From assembly GCF_001194135.2 (NCBI RefSeq), contig NC_069001.1:551466-593089 (forward strand): DNA of 41,624 bases. The letters are read 5' to 3'. Below the pieces are notes generated by a model. The model was not told the origin of the DNA, did no database searches, and was given only the letters and a program-made list of their open reading frames with translations. The DNA is from Octopus bimaculoides. Taxonomy: Eukaryota. Shown here one piece after another: positions 1 to 14,420 of the stretch; position 1 is the first letter of the stretch; each line of letters starts with the position of its first letter. Position numbers and translations under genes: made by a program.

Positions 1-50
1 TAATCCTAACCCTAACCCTAACCCTAGGGTTAGGGTTAGGGTTAGGGTTA
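1..50. repeat. Inverted telomeric repeat (CCCTAA)n/(TTAGGG)n palindrome
   Basis: 50-nt self-complementary sequence centred on CCCT|AGGG (25/26), one mismatch (4/47). Confidence 0.95.
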
Positions 51-639
51 AAGCAAATTTGAAATGAAAAAAGCAAATAAAACGAAGAATCGTTTGTTTA
101 TGTAGTCGGCACTTAATGTATATCGGCTGAATGGACGTCAGTGATTGGTTGAAATTATCGAAATAAGACAATTTTTTACATGAAATAAATTCGAATACAA
201 AAATATTTTTCTGTTCTATAACACAAAATAGATAAGTATACGAAGTTTGAAAGTCTTTCGGTACCAAAAACACTACGTAAAACATTAATGAAAAATGTGG
301 CCCCCGTTTTAAAAAAGATCCAAAAAAGTATCAGAATAGATCTACTTTGCTTGTCTTGATTTCTATTTTAAAATATACAAAGTATGAATGTAAGTTGCTT
401 CCCTTGGCTCCATAGTTTATATAAATAGTTGTTTCCCCCTTTTCTTTCTGCGTATCCTGAACTTGCTAGAAATAGTACGATGAAAATAGATGTGTATGTA
501 CGAGTATGTATGTATGCATGCATGTATATATGTATGAATGTGTGTCTCTTCTATTTTTTAATTATTATAAGTCTTTCAGAGAGGAGGGAGTCGGTTTCCA
601 ACAAAGATACAAGACTCCATCTTTGGGATGTAGTTAACA

Positions 640-1235
640 CAGACAAATTCGCATTTGGAATTTGATAAAAGTCCTGCATACTTTTACTGTTCCACTCACA
701 GATTGCACTTGTAATTTATGAATTAGCCGGTCGATTTCTCTTTCAGAAAATCCCAGTTTATCCCGATTTTCCTTTAAACATTTACTAACAAAACCTAGTG
801 CTTCAATTATGATTGGTATTGATATGAATACATAGTCTGCATATAGAAGCTGGATGTTTCGAAGCAGTTGTCAATAGATATTCTCTTTTTCTTTGATTTT
901 CAAAGGGATATTTTATATATGCAGGGCAGATGACTTCTATGATGGTACATACCTTTGCCCCTCTGTCCCAAACAACAATATCCGGCCTGTTATGTTTACA
1001 TTTTAGAGAACTTTTCATAGGAATAGTCCACCAGTATTCCATAACAGAAAGATTTTCTGAGTTCATTTCAGGACAGTCTTTTTAGCGGATGGCATTGTAA
1101 ATTGTTTCAGCAACAACATCGTGCCGCATAGGGAGGTAGTACCGTGACGATATTTTAGGACTGCTGCTAATCACATGCGTGATGTCTTCTCCAGAACACA
1201 TGACAGAGCCTACACATGTGGTTGCACCATTATGG
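640..1235 (-). mobile_element. Decayed 3' fragment of an RLE-type (R4/NeSL-like) non-LTR retrotransposon
   Basis: Minus strand, with frameshifts and stops: CRLCH..EDITHVISS..RYYLPMRHDVVAETIYNAIR (decayed CCHC knuckle), NRPDIVVWDRGAKVCTIIEVICP (PD..E/D RLE nuclease core), KEKENIY*QLLRNIQLLY..PIIIEALG..SGTVKVCRTF. Confidence 0.85.
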
Positions 1236-1789
1236 TGTCCGCCAAATCAGTAAGATCCAAAGTAGCTTTAAAAACTTTTACACACACGCGCACACACACA
1301 CACGCAGTACAAAAGTTTTCCTGTAATTATACCTTCGTCTTTACATACTGACAAAACGAAAGATTTCATAATTTATCTCGTACATTGTAGATGTGCGAAA
1401 TAGTGTGCAAGTTTTCCATTGTCGACTTCGAAAATTTTTTGAAATTTTGAAAATATGCTCCCCCCACCCTCAGAATCGTAATATCTACTTTAACAAACGA
1501 ACCAAACACTTCCCCAAAAAAACATTTTTAAGCAAAAATTTTTTAAAAAATTAAAAAATTTGGAAAGTAGAGTCAAAGTTTTAATATATATATATATATA
1601 TATGTAGTTTTTTTACTTATTTAGTCCCTCGATAGCGTGAGGCATTAATACACAGTTAATGCCCTTTTTATATATATTTATATATATATATATATTCTTT
1701 TCTTTTTTTTCCCCCCAGAAACGTTAATTTTCCGAGTTGAAAACAGAAATTCGAACAAATTATTCACGCAAAAAAAAAGAAAAAGAAAA

Positions 1790-2240
1790 AAGTTACGGCC
1801 AATAATCAAATGATTTGCTCAGATCAGAATTCTCCCCACCTTCTTTTCACATGCATAGTTTTATTTGAGGAAGATTTGATTATTATTTCTAGCAAATCGA
1901 GCGACCAAAAGCTCTCTTGCTGATTGGTCAGAAATAAGTGGAGCAATGTGGATATTTTATAGTAGAGAAACTTTACTAGCTTTACACCGGTAAAATAGAG
2001 AAATGAAAAAAGGAACGTCTGGTTACTGTAAATAAAAATATTAAACGTTTAAGAATGATTTTGCATTAAAAAAAATTCGTTTCATCTCTTAAAATATCTA
2101 AATCTTTCTTATAAACAAAGAATAAATCATGGCGAATATTTAACAAAATGAATTATTATTGAACAACGTTTATGACTTATTGGAAAGAACCGAGAATATA
2201 GAATAACAGTTGAGGTGTATTCTGTTAATCTGTCGAGAAG
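1790..2240 (+). promoter_or_regulatory. Probable VPS8 promoter/5' UTR region
   Basis: Immediately upstream of the first ATG; CpG visibly more frequent than in the introns; CCAAT at 1799-1803 and reverse CCAAT at 1923-1927. The TSS cannot be placed and the boxes may be repeat-derived. Confidence 0.35.
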
Positions 2241-2309
2241 ATGGCCGAAAGTCAAGATGTAAGTGTTAGTACAGAAATCGCAGAAGTGTTAAATGCTACC
2301 GAGGAAGAG
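2241..2309 (+). CDS. VPS8: VPS8 coding exon 1
   Basis: aagATGG Kozak, in-frame TAA upstream at 2226; [23 protein letters not shown]; donor GTATGC at 2310 (alternative GTAAGT at 2259); phase 0 fits exon 2. Confidence 0.7.
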
Positions 2310-5300
2310 GTATGCGGCTTGTTTCATGTATATACATAAAAAAAAGAATTAGAAGAATGCATAGAAGTTACTTTCTTGATTGATTGAAGATGGTGTATCT
2401 ATGTGTTTTGTGAATTTTTCATTGAAAACGAAATAACATTTGTTTTAATAGTCTGTTTAGGTCTGTCACCTGGAAGTGGGTGGAGAACCGAAACTGTTGG
2501 ATCGGGTTTAAAAAAATCTGGAATATTTCACTGAGTATATTTCATTCATAGTTTTTGTAGATATTTTCACTGGTTTCTTCGTTTTCTTTTCCTTGTTTTA
2601 ACCACTGGACTTACGGGTCTTCTAGGGCACCGCCTTCGAGGGTTTGGCCNNNNNNNNNNNNNNNNNNNNNNNNNNNNNNNNNNNNNNNNNNNNNNNNNNN
2701 NNNNNNNNNNNNNNNNNNNNNNNNNNNNNNNNNNNNNNNNNNNNNNNNNNNNNNNNNNNNNNNNNNNNNNNNNNNNNNNNNNNNNNNNNNNNNNNNNNNN
2801 NNNNNNNNNNNNNNNNNNNNNNNNNNNNNNNNNNNNNNNNNNNNNNNNNNNNNNNNNNNNNNNNNNNNNNNNNNNNNNNNNNNNNNNNNNNNNNNNNNNN
2901 NNNNNNNNNNNNNNNNNNNNNNNNNNNNNNNNNNNNNNNNNNNNNNNNNNNNNNNNNNNNNNNNNNNNNNNNNNNNNNNNNNNNNNNNNNNNNNNNNNNN
3001 NNNNNNNNNNNNNNNNNNNNNNNNNNNNNNNNNNNNNNNNNNNNNNNTAATAAATGAGTATATGCATATATACGTACATGTATGTACATACTTACATCTA
3101 CCTGTATATATAGAATCATATCTGGGTACAGGACATTGCAAACAAAACGTAGACAAAATTATGAAGAAAGTACAGAAAACACACAGGCCACATAGAAAAC
3201 ATTTCCTTCATCAGCTGCCACCATTCTAACACAGTGTGGAATGTCTTTACATTGTGAGTTCAAATTCCATCCAGCTCAACTTTGCCTTCCATCCTTTCAT
3301 GGGTAATGAAATAATTAACAGTCAAGTGCTGAGGTCAATCGAGCTGACAAGCCCCTTCCCATAAATTTCAGGCCTTGTGCCTATAATAGAAAGGATTATT
3401 ATTGAAAATACTATTGACAATAGATAGCAGTGAAATAGAACAGTACGTGTATTTTAATTGGCTAAATGACCCTCACACTATTCAACAGCAGGTTTCAACC
3501 CTCACATGACAGAAACCCCATTAGGAGCAAAAAGGATTTCTTATTCATTTCATAATATACAAAACTCTAATTTCCCCCATTTTCTTTTTATTGCAGTTGG
3601 ATGCTCAAGAATTTGATTTACCTCCTGTAGAAACTCCTCCTACTTTAGAAAGCATTCTTAATGCAGTGAGTACCCTATTTTGATAATAGCAAAAAGACTT
3701 AGTAGTTATTGCTGCGTATCATTTCTCACATCATCATCATCATTATCATCAGTATCCTCTTTTAATGGACCCTTTTCCATGCTTGCATGGGTTATAAATG
3801 TGGATGAGGTAGACCTAGGAAGACGTGGAATGAAGTGGTGAAGCCTGACCACAAGGGATGTTAAATGATGATAATGAAGACGATGATAACAGCAATGATA
3901 GTGGTGTTACAATGGTGATGATGATGATGATGATTACTTTAATGTTTTTGTCTTTGTAGCCTGATGATGATGATGAACTTCTGTTGGAAGATGAGGAACT
4001 TGGTTCCTTGTCCCAGCTGTACAAAGGGGATTCTGTGGAGACGTCCTCCATGTCCAGTCAGGACAGTCTCATCTCAGATCGACCCAGACAACGGACAGCG
4101 TGAGTACAACCTATACTCCTTGCTACTTTTATTTCACTGTACTCCTTTACACAGGCATGGCTGTGTGGTTAAGACGCTTGCTTCCCAACCACATGGTTCT
4201 GGGTTCAGTCCTGCTTGCTCCAACAAGAGCAAGTTTCTTCTACTATAGCTCTTGGCTAGCCAAAGCCTTGCAAATGAATGAATGAATTTGTTTGATGGAA
4301 ACTGAAAGAAGCCCATTGTATATGTGCATGTATGTATGTATATGTAGGTGCAGACGTGACTGTGTGGTAAGAAGTATCTTTCCCAACCATATGGTTGTGG
4401 GTTCAGTCCCACTGTCTGACACCATGAGCAGATGTCCTCTACTATAGCTGTGGGCTGACTAAAGCTTTGTGTGTAGATTTGGTAGACAGAAACTGAAAGA
4501 AGTTCAACTGACATACATACGTACACACACACACATACACACACACACACAAACACACACACCTGTTTGTCCTTCACTACTGCTTGGCAAAAGAGACTGA
4601 TGGAATAAATACCAGGCTTTAAAAAAAATAGGTACTGGGGTCAATTCATTCAACTAAAATTCTTCGAGGCAGTGCCCCAGCATGGCCACAGTCTAATGAC
4701 CAAAACAAGTAAAGGATAAAAGATATATGTGTGGTGTGTGTTTGTGTCTCCTTGTCTTGACATTGCCTGATTGTTGTAAATGAGTGTCACTGTCATACCA
4801 GCAGTGTCAATCATTTCCAGTATATTCCACAAGAACATGTCTGGTCATTGGAAAAATATTACCTTACTTAGAAAACAGGTGAGGGTTTATGACAGGAAGG
4901 GCATCCTGCCAAATTGGCCTCACTAAGCTCTGTCTGACCCATGCAAGCCTAGAATAGTGGATGTTAAAACAATGAAGATAATGACAATAATATTGGATTT
5001 CTATTTCTCTTGTTACAACATATCAAGATCATGCTGTTGATTTTCTTCTTTTTTTTTCTCACCAATTTACATTTCCAGAGCCAAAAGACAAAGTAGTTCT
5101 GAAGCCCATGGCACTGTGTTAAAACCAAGTAAACTGAAAAATATTTCAGCTCAGCTCAAGTCTGCTGCAGTAAGTTTTTCTTTCCATCATTTTCTTTTAA
5201 TGTAGGAGTATAGGCACATGTGTGGCTGTGTGGTTATGAAGACCACATGGTTGGGAAGCAACCATGTGGTTTTGGGTTCAGTCCCACTGCACAGCACCTT

Positions 5301-6854
5301 GGGCAAGTGTCTTCTACTTTAGCCCCCACGCTGACTGAATCCTTGTGAGTGAGTTTGATAGGTCCTTGTGAGTGTGTTGACTGCCATTTTCTTTTGTTTG
5401 CCCATCATTTTATATATATGTATGTATGTGTGTGTGTGTTTGTGCACACCTACACACACATGGCATGGCATTTTTAACATCCACATTTCCATGCTCGCAT
5501 GGATCAGAAGGAATTTGTTGAGGCAGATTTTCTCTGGCTGGATGCCCTTCCTGTCACCAACTCTCACTTGTTTCCGGGCAAGGTAACATAAAAATGGTGT
5601 GGTGTGTGTATATAATTATGGATATATATATGTATATATAATGTGGATGTCTGGACAAAGCAATGTTATATATATATTTTTTTTTTGCTTTTCTTTTCTT
5701 CAGAACAGAGTGGATGCTGGGAAGCCATCAGCAATAGTAAGTATCATTTAATTTACACTGGTCTCAAAATCCCTTTAGAGCATGAGAAATATATAGTTTT
5801 TTTTTTTTGGTTCAACTAAAAGCCCTTCATGTTGGTGCCCCAGCATGGCCGCAGTCAAATGACTGAAAGGAGTAAAATGAAAAAAAGATACAGAAATAGG
5901 CTGCATGCATGGTTAAGGAGCTTGTTTTGCAACTCCATGGTTCTAGGTTCAATCCCACTGCCTGAGACCCTCAGCATGTGTCCTCTATTACAGCATTGGA
6001 CCAACCAATGGCTCGTGAGTGGAATTGGTAGATGGAAATTGCAGATCTCGTGTACTGTGTTCTCCTCTCTGGGGATCCAGGTGGGGTGGGGTGAGGGCTC
6101 ATGTTGGTCAGCTACATGCCTCATGGTCATGACAGATGAAGAAGTCTTTGTTGGAGATGGCAACTGACCAGGGCACTGCGTAGAGGTTTGCCCAGGATGA
6201 CCCAAACAGATCCTGGCAAATGGTGGGTGCAGTGATGCACTGTAATGGTGCATGCCCCTCCCCCGACCCATACCTGACCTGATCTGATGATGATGATGGT
6301 TTTTAACCTTACAACACTCTGGGACAATCCTCAGTGGACGGATTAGTTGCTATTATGGACTTTAGGTAAAAGCGAAATCAAACCCGCTTTTCGTTCCCCC
6401 CTCCCCCCACCTCTGCTTACCTCATTTTTATTTTGTTTATTTGTTTTGTTGTTTGTTTATTTCTTTCACCTGTTGTGTTTCCATATCTTTACAGGCTGTG
6501 GCATCCCTTATAGCAATTGGGACATCCCATGGCATTGTACTAGTTTTCGGTAAGTCTATTGTTGTTGTTGTTTGTGTTTTTTTTGTTTTTGTTTTTTGAT
6601 TATATTTTTTTAATATGGCCATAATAGTTGATAAGCTGACTTTTTTGTTCTTTTATAATAAATATCCCCTGTTCATCTCTGTCTCTCTCTGTTTTTTCCG
6701 GTCTTTAGATCCACGCCAGGTATTGAAATGGTGTCTCGGAAGTACAGCTGTTGGAGCCCAGTATGGATCAGTGTCAGCTCTCAGCTTCAACAGAGATTGT
6801 TCTCGGTTGCTCTGTGGCTTTGCTAAAGGCCAGGTAAATATATCTAGTTATACA

Positions 6855-6885
<31 letters not shown>

Positions 6886-7504
6886 GTGAGTGTGTGTGTG
6901 TGTGGATCATACAGATTGTTCTACAGCTGGATGCCCTTCCTGTTGCCAAGCCTCACCTGTTTCCAAGCAAGTATTATTTCTCCTATAGCCAGACATATTT
7001 CCACAGAAGATCAGAAACAAAGGACACTGCCAGCATGAACTTTTTTCCATTTACTTGTTTTGGTCATTTGACTGCGGCCATGCTGGGGCACTGCCTTCAA
7101 GTATTTTAGTCAAACAAATCAACCTCAGGATTTATTTTTTAAAGCATGATACTTATTCTATTGGTCTCTTTTGCTGAACTGCTAAGTTATGGGGACGGAA
7201 GCACACCGACACTGGTTGCGAAGTAGTGATGGAAAGACGAACACACACACACATAAATCTATCTATCTATCCATCTATATATATATATATATATATATAA
7301 ACAGGGTGCAATGGGTAAATTGTTGATATTATATATTTTTAATTTCGTACGCAGTGTTTGCTTTTGATTTTGTCTACTACACAGTATAGTAGGGTCAGTT
7401 GGGCACCATCTGTGAGAAAAACAGCACCGTGATGCAATTCACTTTGCCAGAAATTTGGAAATGACACGCTGTATTGCTTGGCATTCATGCCAGAAGCTCC
7501 AATA

Positions 7505-7546
<42 letters not shown>

Positions 7547-10500
7547 CATACATTGTTGTATTTCAAGATGGTCTTTTTTTTTTTTTTGCCAAATAAACAC
7601 ATGCACATACATGTTTTTTGTTTCATAAATGTGTCACTTCCTGTCTTCTAGATTACCATGTGGGATTTAACAAATGGAAAATTACTTCGGACCATCACTG
7701 ATGCTCACCCACCTGGAACTGCTGTTCTACATGTTAAAGTAAGTAATCAACCAAGCATATTATATGTCTGTATCTATGTTTTATTACATCTGATGACATA
7801 AAGTAATAAGGTACATATAATTAAGGTTCAGGGTTGACCTGCAACTAAAAGCAGGGATCCAGGTAGCTGCTTATTGTTTTCCTTCTTATAATCTGTTTTC
7901 ATGTCACAACTCAACCTTTATCTTTAAAGATAGAAATATCCTAATCTAACCCTGATACCAATTGTCTTGCCAGTTTATACTTTTATCCTATCATGTATGT
8001 ATGAATATATATATATATATATATATATGAGACACATAAATAAGTGTTTTTAATAAGCATAATGGATTAAAGTCCAATATATTTTTAACAACCAAAGACA
8101 AACAACACAAATGCAGTTATACGAGTTTAAATGGGTTGTTTGATGAAAACAGGGGCCATTATAGTAGTGAGAAGATACAGCATGTTGTGAGGTTAATGAA
8201 GAAACAGTAGTAAAGGCTGGTCATAATTTTTTTTTTCTATCTTTCAGTTCACTGACAGCCCTGTGATTGCCGTGTGCAGTGACAGTGGAGGGTCTGTGTT
8301 TGAACTGGAATTCAAGTAAGTCCCTTCTATTGATTCATTTATTATCACTTTTACTTTATCCATTATCTCTCATCATTGTTGTGTTTTCATGATGTTTGCA
8401 TGTTTAAGATATTTTATTATATTTGCTTTTATTTGTTTGTAATTTGAATTTTGGCAAAGGTTTGCTGCTCCAAAACTCACACAAGACATTAGGCATAATC
8501 TAAACTGATACCAGTTGTTTACCCTGTTCATACTTTTATTACACACACACACACACACACATGCATATACACATACTCACATAACTATGATATATTCATC
8601 AGTTTTAATGTATTTTTTGTTTGGTTTGTTTCTATTTTTTCCTTCAGGAGGTTGATCGGGGTGAGGACCTGCGAATCGAAGTGCCTGTTTTCAGGAAGGT
8701 ATGTTTAACTTCATCATCATCATCGTTGTCAACATCATCACTCTACCTTCATATTGAATATCCTACCACTTCTGCCTCCTCCTGTTCCTCTTCATTTTCA
8801 TCATCAATCCTATAATCAGATTCCAATCTGAAACCATGATTGGTAAATATTTAAATATACGAGATGTGTTGCTGTTATCGACATTTTAAATTTGTGCAAT
8901 CTTAACTTTGAATTTACTCTGCGTTTTGATCTCCTTCGACTCCGTTTATATTGGATTAGATTTAAACGTGGGAACCTTTTATTTTCAAACTCAGAGTACA
9001 AACACTTACAATGGAGTAGAATCCACTAAAGGTGCCTGACAAGCCAAATAACGCCCTCTCCTGTGTTTATGCACTAAACTCGACTTGCGAAGACCTGTTG
9101 GGGCAAGCGAAATCATGAGGGCACCACCATTCGAGCGTGATCGTTACCAGCATCGCCTTCCTGGCACTTGTGCTGGTGGCACGTGAAAAGTCATTCGAGT
9201 GAGTTCGTTGCCAGTGCCGCTGGACTGGCTCCTGTGCAGGTGGCATGTAAAATACACCACTTTGAGCGTGGCCATTGCCAGTACCGCTTGACTGGCCTTC
9301 GTGCCGGTGGCACGTGAAAGCACCCACTACACTCTCGGAGTGGTTGGCGTTAGGAAGGGCATCCAGCTGTAGAAACTCTGCCAAATCAGATTGGAGCCTG
9401 GTGTTGCCATCTGGTTCACCAGTCCTCAGTAACATTTCCCTATGACCAAACATATTTTTCATGCAAGATTGGAAACAAATTACACCACTGGCAGAATCAT
9501 CAGAGTGTTAGACAAAATGCCTAGTGATATTTCTTCCTGAGTTCAAATCCTGCCAAGGTCAATTCTCACTTTCATCCTTTCGTGGTTGGTAAAATAAATG
9601 TACCAGTCATATACAGGGGATAATGTAATCAATGAAACTTCCTCTACTCAAAATTGCTGGCTTATAAAGAAAATTTAAGCCAAATTATGGGACATAAATC
9701 ACATGAAAGTTTTGATGAAAGGTTTAAATTCAAAACATGAAGATTGTATCGTAGAACTTGGGGTAGTGGGACAGTCTCAGACAATCTCAGACAGGTTGGC
9801 ATCAAAAGGGTTGAATTGAATTTCCATGCCACCACCCCCATTTCATTATGAATCTGTATTTGCTATTCCAGCCGAGGAGAGGTATGTGTCATAGAACCAC
9901 TACATATGAATTATACTATACAAGACCATCCCATGCATGATGTTATGATTCTGGCCATGGCATCTTTGTCCAAGGTAAGATCCAGGAACCACTTTCACCG
10001 ATATTAATGTTCACTTTTCTCTTTACAGTTAATCTACTCCATTCTGAAGCAGTTTAAACTTGTTTTCCAAAAGCATGGTTTTTTTTTTTCTCTAGTTCTA
10101 AACAAATGTTTTATCTTTAATCTTTTAGCATTCAGATATTCCACTGTCAAATGTAATGCTTGTTTATTCACATAGTTTTGAATTAATCATGCATTATCTT
10201 GTAAACGAGTATCACTGTCATACAAGCAGTGTCATTTGCTTCCATTCTTTCCTGTTTCCAATAAATATATTTCAGTAAACAAAATTTTCTAACCTTGAAA
10301 ATAACTGGGTTTCTTTGTTTTGTTTTTTTCCAGGTATTAATTGTGACCCTGAGACCTCAGCTGAAGATAATGTTCACTCATCCATTAAAGGTACCCGACC
10401 AATATTTTCTGTGAATTCCATCAATTTGGGGAAATTTTACAAATTTCTGAGTATACATTCGGATGCCTATTTGCAAAATGTGTCGCGTTTCCACTATGGC

Positions 10501-12330
10501 TTAAAATTTTTCTGTTGTTTTTGTTTTAATTCTAAGATTGTTTTCCTTTTTCTTCCTCATTTGTACTTTCCAGGGTGATTCTTCCACTCTGCCACTTCTT
10601 GCCTGGCAGTTTGTCATCATCCAAATCTCCGAAAGTGACCGTGTCATCGATCCTGTGTTGGCATTCGCTCGAGATAGCACCATCTACTTCTACCAGGTAA
10701 AAGAATATCTACTTAAGACTCATCATTCCCTAGCAAGTAGATTCAAGACCACAGACGGTTCCGAGATGGTAAATCGACATGTTTCACATTGATTGACAAA
10801 ATGGAGGAGAGAGATTTTTTTCCTCTTTCCATTTTTCTTCTTCTGTCTCTCTCTCTCTCTCTTCTATTGTCCCCACTCCTTGGAGAATGAACTTTTTTGC
10901 CATCTGTGATTGCTGTTAGGAGCTATCGCTAGATCACACTAGCTAACAACAGCCTTCTCTCTTGAGCTTAAACACATGCCTCATAAACACATGTCCGTGC
11001 ACATGCAAACACACATCAAATCCACGTCTCATATAGACACACACACACACACACACATACACAGACGACTTCCCAAATTTTCTGTACTCCATTACTCTTC
11101 TAGAAGCCTCTGACAATCTTTGTCGACCATGCATCTGCACAGAGGGCAAGTGCAGGCCAGAGCAAGCTTTTTTCTTCTAGGAAGACTAGCATCTGCCCCA
11201 TTCTTGCAGGTTTCTTCTCTCTCCATATCACCAATATTTATCCAAAGGAATGGCCACTGAATGTGCGTTCCTCCAAAGAATCTCCAGAGGAACCTGACAT
11301 GACAGAACAAATACCACCAGGCATTATTATATCTGACAACCTTATCAACTCTGCCACTTCTTAAATATTTAATAATGGTCTTATTAAAATTTATTGTCTG
11401 TTAAAAACTGAAACCAAAGACTTTCTCATCTCCCCATACAGGAACTAAACTATACGATAACATTTCACAAGGTACAATAATCCATGAGATAACTGATAAC
11501 GCAGTATTATAGAATAATACATAAAAATAAGCAAAAACAATTCGCTGTTAAATGAGATAGTCAGCTGCTTTGGCTAACCACAGCACATTATCTATTTAAT
11601 CACTCAATTATTACTAACGATGTCTCTTGCTTCCTCACTCTCTCACTCTGTTTTTATCTAAACCTTTCTCCTACAATCTCTTTCCTTCACTCACTCTCTG
11701 TCTTACACACACACACACACACCACTCTCTCTCTCTCTCTTCCTCCTTTTCTATTCTTCTTGGTTAAAATGCCTCTGTCTTCTAGTTGCTTTGCAAATGC
11801 AAACTCACCCATTCTCAAACCGTATGAAACATAGTCTGGACAATACAGCATGGCTCATCTTTTCCTTTCTATCACTTACCTATTAACAATCTATTAAAAT
11901 TATTACATTTGTATTATTATTATTAGTAGTAGTAGTAATATTAGTACTACTACTACTGTCTCCACTAACTATTAAAAGGGTTTCAGTCAGAAATTTCTAA
12001 CCACATGTTTTCAATTGTTTGATCAACTAAAATAACAGCTCATTGAATTAGTGTGCAAGTGTCTGAGTATACCAAAACATTTCCATAAGCTTGTCCTAAA
12101 CATCCACGATTGTTTTCAGTCTTTTAGTTCAGCCTTGCTCCATACGTTCTAAGTAATATAAAGCTTTCCCTTTTTAAGTCCCAAATTAATCTGGGGGTTG
12201 AGAAAAAATTGATTGGAAATGTGTCTCATGTATTATAAATGGATGCCAGGGAAATAGGTCTTGTGTATCACATGTGATGTACAGGATAAGCAAAGGATTA
12301 ACATAATCCTGAGGCTGAACCAGAATAATA

Positions 12331-12376
<46 letters not shown>

Positions 12377-12899
12377 TAAGGCTGGACATTTGAGTCACTC
12401 ATAATACTCAATAAACTTCCATTCAGTTTCCGTCTGATTTCACTCCCAAAGTTTAGATTGACTTGGGGCTACAGTAAAAGAAACTTGCCTAAGATGCCAT
12501 GCAGTGAAATTGAACCTGAGACCTTGTGATTGAGAAGCAAACTGCTTAATAATTCTGCCACTCTTTGCAGAATGGTTAAGAATTTGATCAAGCAACAAAT
12601 AAAACGCATGGTTGAAAATTCTGGTCTGGATCCAAGATTGTTACAGATGTTGTATTTCTATTGTTACGGTGGATTAATTAACACTAGTTTAATACTTGAT
12701 TAATTCATACTAAATTAACTAATACAATCATATACTTACTATTGTGTTTTAAATTCTAGATTGAATTTATTATTTTAAAGAAAGTTTATTCCCTGGATAA
12801 GCTGCCAAGCAATATAAATTTTATGATAAATAATAAATATATATTTTGACATTTCAAATTTTATTTTTACATTTTACATTTTTAATCTTTCATAGCTAC

Positions 12900-12949
<50 letters not shown>

Positions 12950-13392
12950 ANNNNNNNNNNNNNNNNNNNNNNNNNNNNNNNNNNNNNNNNNNNNNNNNNN
13001 NNNNNNNNNNNNNNNNNNNNNNNNNNNNNNNNNNNNNNNNNNNNNNNNNNNNNNNNNNNNNNNNNNNNNNNNNNNNNNNNNNNNNNNNNNNNNNNNNNNN
13101 NNNNNNNNNNNNNNNNNNNNNNNNNNNNNNNNNNNNNNNNNNNNNNNNNNNNNNNNNNNNNNNNNNNNNNNNNNNNNNNNNNNNNNNNNNNNNNNNNNNN
13201 NNNNNNNNNNNNNNNNNNNNNNNNNNNNNNNNNNNNNNNNNNNNNNNNNNNNNNNNNNNNNNNNNNNNNNNNNNNNNNNNNNNNNNNNNNNNNNNATATA
13301 TATATATATACACATACACATACACATGCATGTACATATCTATGTGTGTGTTTATATACATGTATTGATATATGTATCTATGTGTGTGTGTT

Positions 13393-13445
<53 letters not shown>

Positions 13446-14380
13446 ATATAAACACACATACACACACACATATATATATATATATGTATCCTATTTGCCC
13501 CAGGTAACAATATTGCAGATACCAAGTATTTGTATAAAGCTATTGTCACCTAGACGATTAAGAACTGTTACAGGTAATGTTTTTTGCTAGTAATATGTCA
13601 TCAACAGATCACAGGTAAATTGCATTAGTAACCTATAAATTCACCTATTTCAGGTGATCTGCAATAATGCTCAAGATATCCGCTGTTCAGGTTTGCAGAA
13701 AATGGAACTCCCTTACAAACTCCTTTCAATAACTGTGAGTAAAACGCTTTCTCTCTCTTTGAATTTTAGTAGTGGATAGATAGCCTTTTACTTTTGTTTT
13801 AAGCTGTCGGAAGGGGATCTGAAAGAAGCCACGGCAAAGACTGAGCCTGGGGCTTAGTACACAGCTCTGTATACAGTGTGATATTAGTGCAGAGGAGTTG
13901 GAGCAGTAATAGAAATTGTAGAAAGCAGGATACATGATGATGATGGGTTGACTGGGTGATGTCTGATAGGCTAGTCATGGGTAACAATCAGCCTGAATTT
14001 TCTCAATGATTCTGTTCATCTTTATCATGCTTGCTTGTAAAATAGATAAAGGATAGCAGCAGGATGAGTCTCCTGCTATAAAACAATGTAAACATCTAAG
14101 CATAATGTCTTCTGCACTGAAATTAATACTCTATGGAGAAGGCTGTGAAACGGCTGTAACCCAAAGGATATGGAGTTAAATAAATATATATTCACCCTCA
14201 TACTGCCTAACTTTTAAGGTCATACTTGTCATGAAATAATTTCATTGACTGGCCCTTCTGGGTTTCATCTGGATAAACACTCTACATTACACTTCTCTGT
14301 ATAAGATTACTATGTGGACTGTTAGCCAAGCCCGTAAGAGGTGCTTTCTGAGATAGCCACACAATTCTCTGAATCCACAT

Positions 14381-14420
<40 letters not shown>

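Noticed and set aside
1-50. True chromosome end
   Set aside because: Only about 4 units per arm, arms are inverted, and ordinary sequence continues into a gene.
2567-3156. ORF-track entries of 137-181 aa
   Set aside because: Artefacts of N runs translated as X; the same applies at 12846-13507 and 17722-18035.
3195-3225. Minus-strand CTGATGAAGG
   Set aside because: No matching stem II-GAAA-stem III found downstream; at most half a motif.
11030-11330. Possible decayed RTE coding remnant
   Set aside because: No motif could be recovered in a consistent frame.
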